Virus record (IMG/VR): IMGVR_UViG_3300045988_180880
Span: 224,001 to 288,000 of that record
Length of the DNA: 64,000 bases
Source: a virus
Strand: one strand, 5' to 3'
A model generated the notes under the pieces. The model did not search any database. It saw only the letters and a program-made list of their open reading frames with translations, and was not told where the DNA came from. The position numbers and the translations under genes are program-made. Below, one piece after another: positions 1 through 7,984 of the stretch. The stretch's first letter is position 1, and each line of letters opens with the position of its first letter.

Positions 1-447
1 ACTGAAAAAATTTCTCAAGAATCCGAGGCGAGAAAAACGGCTGATCAAGATTTTAAGGAAAACTTGAATACTGAAACTCAAGAAAGAACTACCGAAGATA
101 TTGCTATAAGAGAATATATAGACTCTACAAAATCAGAGTTAAATGAAAAGATAGATAAACTTATTGGTTCAGGAGGAGAGACTGAAGGAGGATTAGCTGC
201 AGAAGTGGAAGCTAGAAAACAAGGAGATAAATATAACTTCGATCTCTTAAAATTTGCAATTCAGAGAGTAAATTCATCTGCTGGTTTTGAAGATCCTGAT
301 CCCGATGATGACAGTATTTATAGTAATTTCCCAGATCTTTCAGATACACATTACCTAAGAGGGCAGAGCAATTTAGTAGGATGTCTTAAGGTTCTTGACC
401 AGAAAATTTATGAACTAGAACAAGCATTAACCATTAAAACACTCTAA
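1..447 (+). CDS. tail-fibre-like protein, C-terminal part (5' end outside window)
   Basis: The frame of the listed 64..447 ORF stays open back to nt 1. Repeated E-x-EARK-x-[AG]D-x-x-F units and coiled-coil-like composition resemble fibre shafts. Inference only. Confidence 0.5.
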   Translation, partial: TEKISQESEARKTADQDFKENLNTETQERTTEDIAIREYIDSTKSELNEKIDKLIGSGGETEGGLAAEVEARKQGDKYNFDLLKFAIQRVNSSAGFEDPDPDDDSIYSNFPDLSDTHYLRGQSNLVGCLKVLDQKIYELEQALTIKTL

Positions 448-450
448 TAT

Positions 451-663
451 ATGGCATTAACTAATTTTTATAAAGGACCTGAAGCTGAATATTCTAGAGA
501 GAAACATATTAATGGTATCTATATGAGCACTGATTCTAGAAAGCTTTGGATATTCGGACAACCAACACAAGAATTATCAGATATTATAGAAAAAACTGAT
601 TATGATGCTCTTGAATCTAAAGATCCGAATTTAATATATATCGTAAAATTATCAGAAGAATGA
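451..663 (+). CDS. hypothetical protein
   Basis: 70-aa ORF, 3 nt after the upstream stop, with an ATGA overlap into the next gene. Confidence 0.55.
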   Translation: MALTNFYKGPEAEYSREKHINGIYMSTDSRKLWIFGQPTQELSDIIEKTDYDALESKDPNLIYIVKLSEE

Positions 664-974
664 AAAAATTAATTCTAACCCTGATCACTACTCTATTAAT
701 TATTTCTTGTGGTACTACTCGAAAATTTAATACTACTTTTTATGAAGGCTTTTCGATAGAACCACAAAGAATAGTAGATAGTATAACTACAGCAAATTTA
801 CTTCCAGCGTCTATAGAATATCAAGAATGGCCTAAGTTGATGTACTTTACTAGTGATTCAGTTATAACTACACAGTATACGACTATAACCACTAAAGAAG
901 ATACGACTTATATATTCTCGATAACTGAATCCGCTGGAGATAGTATATACTTAATTAAATTTAGAAAAGAATAA
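660..974 (+). CDS. lipoprotein
   Basis: N-terminal MKKLILTLITTLLIISC gives a signal peptide plus lipobox Cys. Confidence 0.7.
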   Translation: MKKLILTLITTLLIISCGTTRKFNTTFYEGFSIEPQRIVDSITTANLLPASIEYQEWPKLMYFTSDSVITTQYTTITTKEDTTYIFSITESAGDSIYLIKFRKE

Positions 975-979
975 TAGTT

Positions 980-1285
980 ATGGATTTTGTATCAGTATTT
1001 TCAACATTAGCTGCTTTAGTGGCTGGTGTTCCTGTTGTTACACAGGCAATTAAGAAACTTATAGGTAAAGAACTTCCAGGGTGGGCTAATCAATTAATTT
1101 CTTGGATAGTTGCCATTGGATTATGTATGTTCGGTTGGTTTTTCGATCTTGGATGTCTTGCTGAAGCTTCTTGGTGGCAATCTCTCATAGTAGGCGCTGG
1201 TGTTGGATTAGCTAGTAACGGTGTATTTGATATCGCTCTAGTTCAGGGAATACTTGAACTTATATTCGGAAAAATAAAAAAGTAA
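980..1285 (+). CDS. holin-like small membrane protein
   Basis: 101 aa with about three hydrophobic segments and a basic C-terminus, 2 nt upstream of a peptidase gene. Call rests on position and topology only. Confidence 0.45.
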   Translation: MDFVSVFSTLAALVAGVPVVTQAIKKLIGKELPGWANQLISWIVAIGLCMFGWFFDLGCLAEASWWQSLIVGAGVGLASNGVFDIALVQGILELIFGKIKK

Positions 1286-1287
1286 TT

Positions 1288-1869
1288 ATGAGATCTTACG
1301 GTTATATTAAAACAGAAAACCTAGAAAGTTACTCAGAATATAAACCACAACCTATCACACTTCCGGCCGAATATAAACTCAAAGATATCGGCAAAGTGTG
1401 GGATCAAGGTAGTGTCGGAAGCTGTGTTAGTCATTCAATAGCAGAAATGTATAATTTTTATCAGCTAAGTCATGGAAAAACTCTAGAGAAAAAGCCTGAT
1501 TGGTTATACTATCTTAGAGCTGATAAAACAATAGATGGAATGATGCCTGCTGAAGGTTTCGAGTTAATGAAAACGGCCGGAGAAATAAAAATCTTCTCAA
1601 GAATATCAACTATCGAAGGAATTAAACATGCAGTAATAACAAATGGACCTGCACTTATAGCTGTTATTGTAAGAAACGGAGAACGTGATGATTTCTGGAA
1701 TGGTTCTGAAAACTTAGGAGGACATGCGATAAGTATTGTTGGTTTCTCTAGAGATGGATTTATGATAAAAAATTCTTGGGGTTATGGATATGCAGAGTCC
1801 GGTTTTTCTGAGATGAGCTATGAAGATGCTGGAAAAGTAATTCGAGAAGCTTGGACTATAATAGAATAA
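1288..1869 (+). CDS. papain-family (C1) cysteine peptidase, candidate lysis enzyme
   Basis: Catalytic motifs QGSVGSC (Cys), GGHAISIVGF (His) and IKNSWG (Asn-Ser-Trp-Gly). Confidence 0.8.
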   Translation: MRSYGYIKTENLESYSEYKPQPITLPAEYKLKDIGKVWDQGSVGSCVSHSIAEMYNFYQLSHGKTLEKKPDWLYYLRADKTIDGMMPAEGFELMKTAGEIKIFSRISTIEGIKHAVITNGPALIAVIVRNGERDDFWNGSENLGGHAISIVGFSRDGFMIKNSWGYGYAESGFSEMSYEDAGKVIREAWTIIE

Positions 1870-1872
1870 AAA

Positions 1873-1920
1873 AAGAGACTAGTAAAGGGTTTAATTTTCC
1901 CAATACTAGTCTTTTATTTT
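1873..1920. terminator. bidirectional hairpin terminator between convergent genes
   Basis: AAGAGACTAGTA (1873-1884) pairs with TACTAGTCTTTT (1905-1916), with an A-run before and a T-run after. Confidence 0.7.
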
Positions 1921-1922
1921 CT

Positions 1923-2603
1923 TTATATCCTCTCTATAAATACCTCATAATCATCTTTACAATACCAACTTGGACATGTATGAGGATTTCCATGTCTATT
2001 TCCTTTTCCTCGGTTTATATAACTTTTCCATCTATATATTGTATCAGATTTCTTAAGAGCTTTCCACCAAACATCAAGTGTCGTTTTTATCCATGAACCT
2101 TTCTCGGCTATTATGTCTGATGGATTAACTAAAGGTTTATTATTATCGTAGTCTCTCAAGTGATGCCAAATATAAGGTCCAGTATATACAAATTTCTTCG
2201 GCCTTGGAGAATATACGGCGATGAATTTTTGGTCGTCAGAATAATCATCATCTCCTGTGTAACAAAAATCTACTTGAATCTCTTTTATCCCGACCCTCCT
2301 TAGTATCGCCGTTTTTTCATCAGGCCGTAAATTATAATACTCATCTCTTATTATCTTTTTCCCAGTCAAATCTCTAAGATAAAAGAATCTACCATTACCT
2401 TCTTTCCCAGGGATCATATCTTTAGGAGACTTACCTAATAAAAAAGTTTCAATATAACCTTTGGGAAATGCATAAAATCCCTTCCTAACTGGAGCTGTAT
2501 GAAATCCTCGAAAAGGTGAATCCCCAGGGAGTGATCCCTCTTTATGATCCTGTGGAGATAAAGTACCCCACCTAAAAAATTCATAACTATTCCTCTTTTT
2601 CAT
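1923..2603 (-). CDS. hypothetical protein
   Basis: 226-aa ORF with no recognisable motif. Confidence 0.6.
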   Translation of the reverse strand: MKKRNSYEFFRWGTLSPQDHKEGSLPGDSPFRGFHTAPVRKGFYAFPKGYIETFLLGKSPKDMIPGKEGNGRFFYLRDLTGKKIIRDEYYNLRPDEKTAILRRVGIKEIQVDFCYTGDDDYSDDQKFIAVYSPRPKKFVYTGPYIWHHLRDYDNNKPLVNPSDIIAEKGSWIKTTLDVWWKALKKSDTIYRWKSYINRGKGNRHGNPHTCPSWYCKDDYEVFIERI

Positions 2604-2910
2604 AAACTCTATTTTTAAAAGTTACAGCCGAAAATCTCTTCTTTACTACTTTTAAGACTTTTTTCTCCAAAGATCGATACTCATTAGAAGAATAATCACG
2701 TTTTAATTCAATATATTCCCAAGGCTCGTCATAAATAAATTCCCAATCAGATGTGCACTTAATTAATTCAGCTGTCCATGGATCTGAATGTCTCCACCTA
2801 AGATAAATACAATAACCTTGAGATGAAATCGGATCAAGAAAATAATAATAACATTGACTTGGACACCATATTAAATCCTCTATCCAATAACCTAATAATT
2901 GTTCGTTCAT
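2587..2910 (-). CDS. hypothetical protein
   Basis: 107-aa ORF overlapping the downstream gene by 17 nt. Promoter-like motif lies upstream. Confidence 0.6.
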   Translation of the reverse strand: MNEQLLGYWIEDLIWCPSQCYYYFLDPISSQGYCIYLRWRHSDPWTAELIKCTSDWEFIYDEPWEYIELKRDYSSNEYRSLEKKVLKVVKKRFSAVTFKNRVYEKEE

Positions 2911-2934
2911 ATATAATATACTGTTTTTTCATTA

Positions 2935-2949
2935 ACATATATAAGGAAA
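2935..2949 (-). promoter_or_regulatory. recurrent promoter-like motif (TTTCCTTATATATGT on the - strand)
   Basis: Member of the CYTTAWWRATGTA family, found 20-35 nt upstream of many start codons in this window. Confidence 0.45.
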
Positions 2950-2969
2950 TAAACGTTCCTTTAAATCAG
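2945..2969 (+). repeat. cassette-junction site 1 (GGAAATAAACGTTCCTTTAAATCAG)
   Basis: Perfect 25-nt inverted copy at 3614-3638. The 15-nt core TAAACGTTCCTTTAA is also present at 7628-7648 and 8315-8335. Confidence 0.9.
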
Positions 2970-3272
2970 GATGGTAGTCACAGAACTGTACAAATATCTT
3001 TAACTCCAGTATCTGCTTCAGATTGGATATTATCCGGAAATGTTAATGGAATCTTATTCACTATAAATTCTCCCGAAATATCTACCTCTGTAGATTTATC
3101 AAACACTATACCAAAGGAAATTAATGTACGTGTAATTGCAACCTATTCTTACAGAAGTAATTCTGGTGGGATAGGTAAATGGATGGTAGGTTCTGCTGAG
3201 TCAAATAGTGTATCATTTTCTCAAGGGGAAACAGGAAGTAAAACGATTTCAGTTATTGGAAGACCTTATTAA
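2949..3272 (+). CDS. start-codon-less cassette ORF A (107 codons, begins I-N-V-P-L-N-Q)
   Basis: Open frame from the junction site to TAA at 3270-3272. The only upstream ATG (2823) lies antisense inside gene 2587..2910. Composition is beta-rich. Confidence 0.45.
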   Translation: MNVPLNQDGSHRTVQISLTPVSASDWILSGNVNGILFTINSPEISTSVDLSNTIPKEINVRVIATYSYRSNSGGIGKWMVGSAESNSVSFSQGETGSKTISVIGRPY

Positions 3273-3289
3273 ATTAATTTCCTTCTATT

Positions 3290-3634
3290 CTATAATACTT
3301 TTTCAGTTCTAATATTAATTGTTGTTTCTTTATCTTTAAATATTGTAAAAGTACTATTAATATTTGTAATAATATATTTATTAGGACTTTCTACTGATCC
3401 TCCATCTATTATTCTATAAGTTCCAACTCTTAATGTATGGGTACTAGAGTAACTAGAAGAACCCTCTTCATTAGTGATTGGTGTAGTAATTTCAGATTGT
3501 ATGCCATCATCTTCATTTTTTATAATAATAAATAGATGAATGTATTCTTCTATATCTATATTAAACCATTTCCAGTCTATATTTAAAGTTCCTAAATTTA
3601 AAATCTTACCACTCTGATTTAAAGGAACGTTTAT
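3290..3634 (-). CDS. start-codon-less cassette ORF B (114 codons, begins I-N-V-P-L-N-Q)
   Basis: Manual translation finds no in-frame ATG, GTG or TTG anywhere. An in-frame TGA (3643-3641) lies three codons upstream of the motif. Stop TAG at 3292-3290. Confidence 0.45.
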   Translation of the reverse strand: MNVPLNQSGKILNLGTLNIDWKWFNIDIEEYIHLFIIIKNEDDGIQSEITTPITNEEGSSSYSSTHTLRVGTYRIIDGGSVESPNKYIITNINSTFTIFKDKETTINIRTEKVL

Positions 3635-3638
3635 TTCC
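3614..3638 (-). repeat. cassette-junction site 2 (inverted copy of site 1)
   Basis: 25/25 reverse-complement identity with 2945-2969. Confidence 0.9.
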
Positions 3639-3644
3639 GATCAA

Positions 3645-3660
3645 TTCCTTATTAATGTAT
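3645..3660 (+). promoter_or_regulatory. promoter-like motif TTCCTTATTAATGTAT
   Basis: Lies 25 nt upstream of the ATG at 3685. Same motif family as elsewhere in the window. Confidence 0.45.
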
Positions 3661-3684
3661 ATTAAAATTAAATAAATTAATCAT

Positions 3685-4413
3685 ATGAAGACAGGAATTG
3701 AAACATTAATTTCAGAGGTTGGAAAAAGAATTACTAACAAAACCCAAGTAGAAGGAGGAATTATTTCTGGTTTAGGAATAAATAAAACTAATGGAAAAGA
3801 ATACGTTATTATAAGCGTTTGTGGATCATCGAACATGACGAAAGATCAACTTAATGATCTTTGCGATATTAAAATTATTACTGAAAAACTTATTACAGAG
3901 ACATTCGATTCTAATGGAATTCCAATGTTTTCTTATTGTACAATAGACGAATTCTTTAATTATTGGAATATCGTTAATGATGAAGAAATTAAAAGTTCGA
4001 TAAATTTAACTTTTAAAGAAGCAAAAGAATTATTTTCCTCAACAATATCTTGGGATATAAAAGAGAAGATCTTAAAAATTTATTCAAGAAGACAACTTGA
4101 AGGTCTTCCAGAAAAAATAGAATATCCAAAAGTACCACAAGATTATCCAGCTGAAAAATTTAGAGATAGTGCTAGAGCTTTTAAGGAACTAATTTGGTTA
4201 GTTAAAGAATATACCAAAGCATCAGCTCTTCAAGAACCTAACTGGAATGATTACTCACAAAATAAATTTGCTATTGTGAGATGTGGTGAAGCAGTAATGA
4301 TTTCGAAAGAAAAAACTTTCTTTCCAATAGCCTTTCTCTCTAAAGAAGTTGCTCAAGTATTCTTAGAAGATCATAAAGAGTTATTAGAAGAATATTATAT
4401 GATTGGAAAATGA
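3685..4413 (+). CDS. hypothetical protein
   Basis: 242-aa ORF. Confidence 0.65.
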   Translation: MKTGIETLISEVGKRITNKTQVEGGIISGLGINKTNGKEYVIISVCGSSNMTKDQLNDLCDIKIITEKLITETFDSNGIPMFSYCTIDEFFNYWNIVNDEEIKSSINLTFKEAKELFSSTISWDIKEKILKIYSRRQLEGLPEKIEYPKVPQDYPAEKFRDSARAFKELIWLVKEYTKASALQEPNWNDYSQNKFAIVRCGEAVMISKEKTFFPIAFLSKEVAQVFLEDHKELLEEYYMIGK

Positions 4414-4625
4414 AAAAATTATTGATTATCCTAATTTTAATATTAGTTTCCAGTTGTGAAGTAGATCTAGAAGAGTATTCTGGATGGATTATTAAAGAAA
4501 AACGTCGAGAACCTTTAGGACTTAATTTTATTATTAGTGATCCAAACAATAATAAAAATTGGAAAATTTTAATAGTTCAAAATTATACATATAAAAAATA
4601 TAATATTGGAGATACAATAAAATGA
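4410..4625 (+). CDS. small lipoprotein
   Basis: MKKLLIILILILVSSC gives a signal peptide plus lipobox. ATGA overlaps on both sides. Confidence 0.6.
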   Translation: MKKLLIILILILVSSCEVDLEEYSGWIIKEKRREPLGLNFIISDPNNNKNWKILIVQNYTYKKYNIGDTIK

Positions 4626-5467
4626 AAGAATTAAAAACAGCTTCCCTCTCAGAAATTCCAGAGAGATTAGAAAAATCATTAACTCCGGAAAATGGGTATT
4701 CACGAAAAACAAAGAATATCCTAGTAAGATATGCTAGATGGTCGTTAACTTATAATAAGATAATGATGAAGTCTGATACTAAGTATATAAATTTTGAATA
4801 TAGTGTTGTTGGAGTTTATCCGTATATTTATCTTATCCCAATTATTAAAGTATATAAGTTAGATCGAATAATTGGAAATAACCTAGTTTATTCAGTTATC
4901 GATACTATAAAAGATCCGAAAGTTTGTTTTGATATCCCGGCTCTTATAGAATTAGGAGAAAAGCATGGAGTAGAGTTTAGACAATATCGTGGAAAAGGTC
5001 CAAATAAAAAACCCATGGCGAGAGTAATGCTAAGAAAATTCACGGATATAGAGAGCTCGTATTTTTACCTTGAAGATTACATTTCAACAGATGATATAAT
5101 AATTGAAACTTTCGATGGACTTAAGAGCTCAGAACAACGTGATATATTCTTAGAACTAGGAACGCCATGTTTTTGTATGACGTTAGATTCTGAAACAAAA
5201 GAATGGATTTTTTCTCTTAATCCTACTATTGGATCCTTTCCTGAAGATATAAATTTTCAAGGATATCCAGATGATTGGTCAAACGAGGGAATAATTCAGA
5301 GATATCAAGAATTTTCCGAAGATCTTCAGAAACCACGTCAAAAAGTAACTCCAGAATCGGTAGCTGAAGAAAAACGATTGGAGATGGAGAGAAGAAAAGA
5401 ACAGAAACGTACTAAAAATAGGAATAATGATAGATCTAAGAAAATATGCAATATTTCCGGAAAGTAA
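4622..5467 (+). CDS. hypothetical protein with basic C-terminal tail
   Basis: 281-aa ORF with a K/R/E-rich C-terminus. Confidence 0.65.
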   Translation: MKELKTASLSEIPERLEKSLTPENGYSRKTKNILVRYARWSLTYNKIMMKSDTKYINFEYSVVGVYPYIYLIPIIKVYKLDRIIGNNLVYSVIDTIKDPKVCFDIPALIELGEKHGVEFRQYRGKGPNKKPMARVMLRKFTDIESSYFYLEDYISTDDIIIETFDGLKSSEQRDIFLELGTPCFCMTLDSETKEWIFSLNPTIGSFPEDINFQGYPDDWSNEGIIQRYQEFSEDLQKPRQKVTPESVAEEKRLEMERRKEQKRTKNRNNDRSKKICNISGK

Positions 5468-5609
5468 TAATTTTTTGGATAGTAGTACTCCAGGGTTAGA
5501 AGAATTAGAAAGATTTAATAAGATCATGGAAGAAACGCAGAAAAATTTGAATATAAAATCAGGATCAAGAAATGATATAATTTATGAAAAAGAAGCTGAC
5601 AAAAAATAA
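5427..5609 (+). CDS. possible small ORF (start uncertain)
   Basis: 60-aa ORF overlapping both neighbours. Weak support. Confidence 0.3.
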   Translation: MIDLRKYAIFPESNNFLDSSTPGLEELERFNKIMEETQKNLNIKSGSRNDIIYEKEADKK

Positions 5610-6123
5610 ATGGATAACTTCAAAAGGTGAGGAATTATCTTTAGAAGAAATGAACAGTTCTCATATATTAAATGCAATCAGAAAAATAAAATCTTCAACA
5701 GGATGGAGAGAAGATTGGCTTCCTATCTTAGAAGCAGAACTAACTAGAAGAAGTATGATAGCAAGAACAGATGATTATGAGAAAAAGATCATAACTGATG
5801 AGGAAAAAATGTATTTCTTATGTACTTCATGTGAATACCAAATGTTATCTGTTGAAGGTGGTAGTTTATCTGATATACTGAATATTACTATTAATGATCA
5901 AGTAAAAAGTTATATAAGAGATAATATTTTTTGTATACCTCTTGAACAATCTAAGGAAAATTTTATTTCGGAGATGGATAAATTAATAAGAAAAACTAGA
6001 AGTAATTCTAAAGAAGATGCTGAGAAATTTATGAGTTATTATGAAAAATATCTTCTAATTAATGTCTTTTCAAAAGAATGGAGTAATTTTATGAACTTAA
6101 TGTTAGGTCGTCATGGAAAGTAG
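5584..6123 (+). CDS. hypothetical protein
   Basis: 179-aa ORF. Confidence 0.6.
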   Translation: MKKKLTKNKWITSKGEELSLEEMNSSHILNAIRKIKSSTGWREDWLPILEAELTRRSMIARTDDYEKKIITDEEKMYFLCTSCEYQMLSVEGGSLSDILNITINDQVKSYIRDNIFCIPLEQSKENFISEMDKLIRKTRSNSKEDAEKFMSYYEKYLLINVFSKEWSNFMNLMLGRHGK

Positions 6124-6349
6124 AATCAAAGAATCAATTATTAAACACTTAGAGTATCAAAAAAGTATTGCTAAAGATCCCGAAGGACCGTTTATATGTT
6201 GTCCTATGCCTGGTAAAAATTCATGGACCATTTCTGAAATAATAGAGGAAGTAAGAAAAGAGACAGAATTTGGAGAGGAATTTGCAGATGATGTTATAGG
6301 ATTAGCTATTGATATTTTATGTCGAAAGAATCAATCAATGAATGGATAA
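6113..6349 (+). CDS. hypothetical protein
   Basis: 78-aa ORF in a tightly packed + strand array. Confidence 0.55.
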   Translation: MESRIKESIIKHLEYQKSIAKDPEGPFICCPMPGKNSWTISEIIEEVRKETEFGEEFADDVIGLAIDILCRKNQSMNG

Positions 6350-6534
6350 ACTCTCAAGAACTAACAACCGAAGATCTTGATTTTATGTGGGATTTTTGTA
6401 TAGTTTTCGGTCATCCTGTAATATCTAAACTTGGAATGGCTTCTTGGAAAGATTTACGTCCAGACTTAATTAAACAAATTCCGAACGAATATGAGAAGAT
6501 GGTAGAAAAAGTAATATATAATAATAAGGAATAA
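6319..6534 (+). CDS. hypothetical protein
   Basis: 71-aa ORF. Confidence 0.5.
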   Translation: MSKESINEWINSQELTTEDLDFMWDFCIVFGHPVISKLGMASWKDLRPDLIKQIPNEYEKMVEKVIYNNKE

Positions 6535-6992
6535 TGAAATTATTGAATTTAGAGGAATATTTAACTCCAGAAAGTATAAAAGTACATGATATTAATCAAT
6601 GGGATTCATTTTTATTTAACTTACTTGAAGAAGAAAATATATATCCACCTAAACTTACTGGACAATGGATAACAGATAAAAATAGATTTTATGAAAAGTT
6701 TGTATGTTTGAAAGAAGTAACTGAGAATACTTATTATCCTATGTATTGTAGACAATATAATCCAATTGAAATTACTATATATCATGAAAAGAATGGATTA
6801 TATGATTTTAAATGTATGTTAATAAGTATTGACGATACAGCTTTTGGGTTTGGATGGGAAAATTTAGAAAGACTTAGCATAGATAAATATGTTCTAGAAA
6901 TTATATCTTGGATTGATAAAGTAGATAAATTAGATCATGAAGAATTAATTAAATATGGACTTTCTTTAGGTGCAGAAGATTTAAGTTGGTAA
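6534..6992 (+). CDS. hypothetical protein
   Basis: 152-aa ORF. Confidence 0.6.
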   Translation: MKLLNLEEYLTPESIKVHDINQWDSFLFNLLEEENIYPPKLTGQWITDKNRFYEKFVCLKEVTENTYYPMYCRQYNPIEITIYHEKNGLYDFKCMLISIDDTAFGFGWENLERLSIDKYVLEIISWIDKVDKLDHEELIKYGLSLGAEDLSW

Positions 6993-7004
6993 TTAAATAT
7001 AAAC

Positions 7005-7118
7005 ATGAATGATTTTAAAATAAAAGATATAGTAAAAGGATTAATGATTTGTACTTTTATTTCAGGGTTTTTAATAGGTATCTTATCAGTTTTAATTTTA
7101 ATTTATTCAACAATATGA
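7005..7118 (+). CDS. small single-pass membrane protein (37 aa)
   Basis: ATG at 7005, hydrophobic core ICTFISGFLIGILSVLILIY, and an ATGA overlap with the next gene. Below the ORF-track size cutoff. Confidence 0.45.
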   Translation: MNDFKIKDIVKGLMICTFISGFLIGILSVLILIYSTI

Positions 7119-7576
7119 AGAAAGAATTATATGATGAGTATGTAAAAGCTTGGGATATTTGGAAGAAAAGAACTGATGAATATTTTCAAAAAAGAGTTGA
7201 AATAATTAAAGATAAAACTCTCTCCGAAGAATCTCAATCAAAACTTTTAGACACATTAGCAGAGAATTTTGATAGAAAAGGTTTTACAGAAGAATATTTT
7301 GGACCTTGGACGGAAATAAGAGATGTTACTGATCTATTAAATCCTGACTTCATTTTACCAGGAATAGGCAAGAATTATTCAGAACTTCAAATAGCGAAAG
7401 ATGATGTTCCAGGAAATTGGGGTAAGATTGCTAGAGATTGTTATGATCCTAAAAGATATGGAAAAATAATTGGACTTGGATATGATTCCGGAGATTATTA
7501 TCTTATTATAGAAAACCCTGATACTGGAGAAGAATCAACAATCTTAATGAATACTAAGTATACTATTGATTCATAA
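7115..7576 (+). CDS. hypothetical protein
   Basis: The listed 7049 start is a TTG. The ATG at 7115 (MKKELYDEY...) is coupled to the upstream small ORF and is more likely. Confidence 0.6.
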   Translation: MKKELYDEYVKAWDIWKKRTDEYFQKRVEIIKDKTLSEESQSKLLDTLAENFDRKGFTEEYFGPWTEIRDVTDLLNPDFILPGIGKNYSELQIAKDDVPGNWGKIARDCYDPKRYGKIIGLGYDSGDYYLIIENPDTGEESTILMNTKYTIDS

Positions 7577-7584
7577 AAGAATAT

Positions 7585-7619
7585 AAGACTAGGATTTTAT
7601 TTTCCTAGTCTTATTTTTC
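7585..7619 (+). terminator. rho-independent terminator
   Basis: AAGACTAGGA (7585-7594) pairs with TCCTAGTCTT (7603-7612), followed by a T-run. Confidence 0.75.
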
Positions 7620-7627
7620 TCTTACCA

Positions 7628-7648
7628 TTAAACGTTCCTTTAAGTCAA
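7628..7648 (+). repeat. cassette-junction site 3 (TTAAACGTTCCTTTAAGTCAA)
   Basis: Shares the 15-nt core with sites 1, 2 and 4. Inverted partner at 8315-8335 differs at one position. Confidence 0.85.
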
Positions 7649-7963
7649 TATGCAAAAGCTGTTTATGTTAATCTCATTGTTACTTGGAGTGGAGATCCAA
7701 GTAGACCTTATGGAGCACACTTTACTTTAACTAGTAATGGTTTTGTACACGGTTTTCAAGAAATATCTAGTTCCGGTGTTCTTCCAGGAGATACAGAAAC
7801 TTTCTCAATACAAATAATAAATGATTATAATGTTTTTTCGTGGAGTTCTTCTGGTGTTTGGTATGCATATCACGATGATCTAAAACAAATACAATCTACA
7901 ATTAGTCCTAGTTCTGGAAATTTTAGCGCTAATAATGACATATACATAACTTTTAATACATAA
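7628..7963 (+). CDS. start-codon-less cassette ORF C (111 codons, begins L-N-V-P-L-S-Q)
   Basis: Manual translation finds no in-frame ATG, GTG or TTG. It starts 8 nt after a terminator and ends at TAA 7961-7963. Confidence 0.45.
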   Translation, partial: LNVPLSQYAKAVYVNLIVTWSGDPSRPYGAHFTLTSNGFVHGFQEISSSGVLPGDTETFSIQIINDYNVFSWSSSGVWYAYHDDLKQIQSTISPSSGNFSANNDIYITFNT

Positions 7964-7984
7964 AATTAAAGATAAAAATAATTT

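Noticed and set aside
2823-2948. The listed ATG at 2823 as the true start of cassette ORF A.
   Set aside because: This stretch runs antisense through the well-supported gene 2587..2910 and its promoter region. The encoded peptide is low-complexity. The three sister ORFs have no equivalent extension.
7574-7630. Stop-codon readthrough fusing gene 7115..7576 to cassette ORF C, which is in the same frame.
   Set aside because: The 17 intervening codons are a terminator hairpin. The mirror-image ORF D is not in frame with its upstream gene. I treat the shared frame as coincidence.
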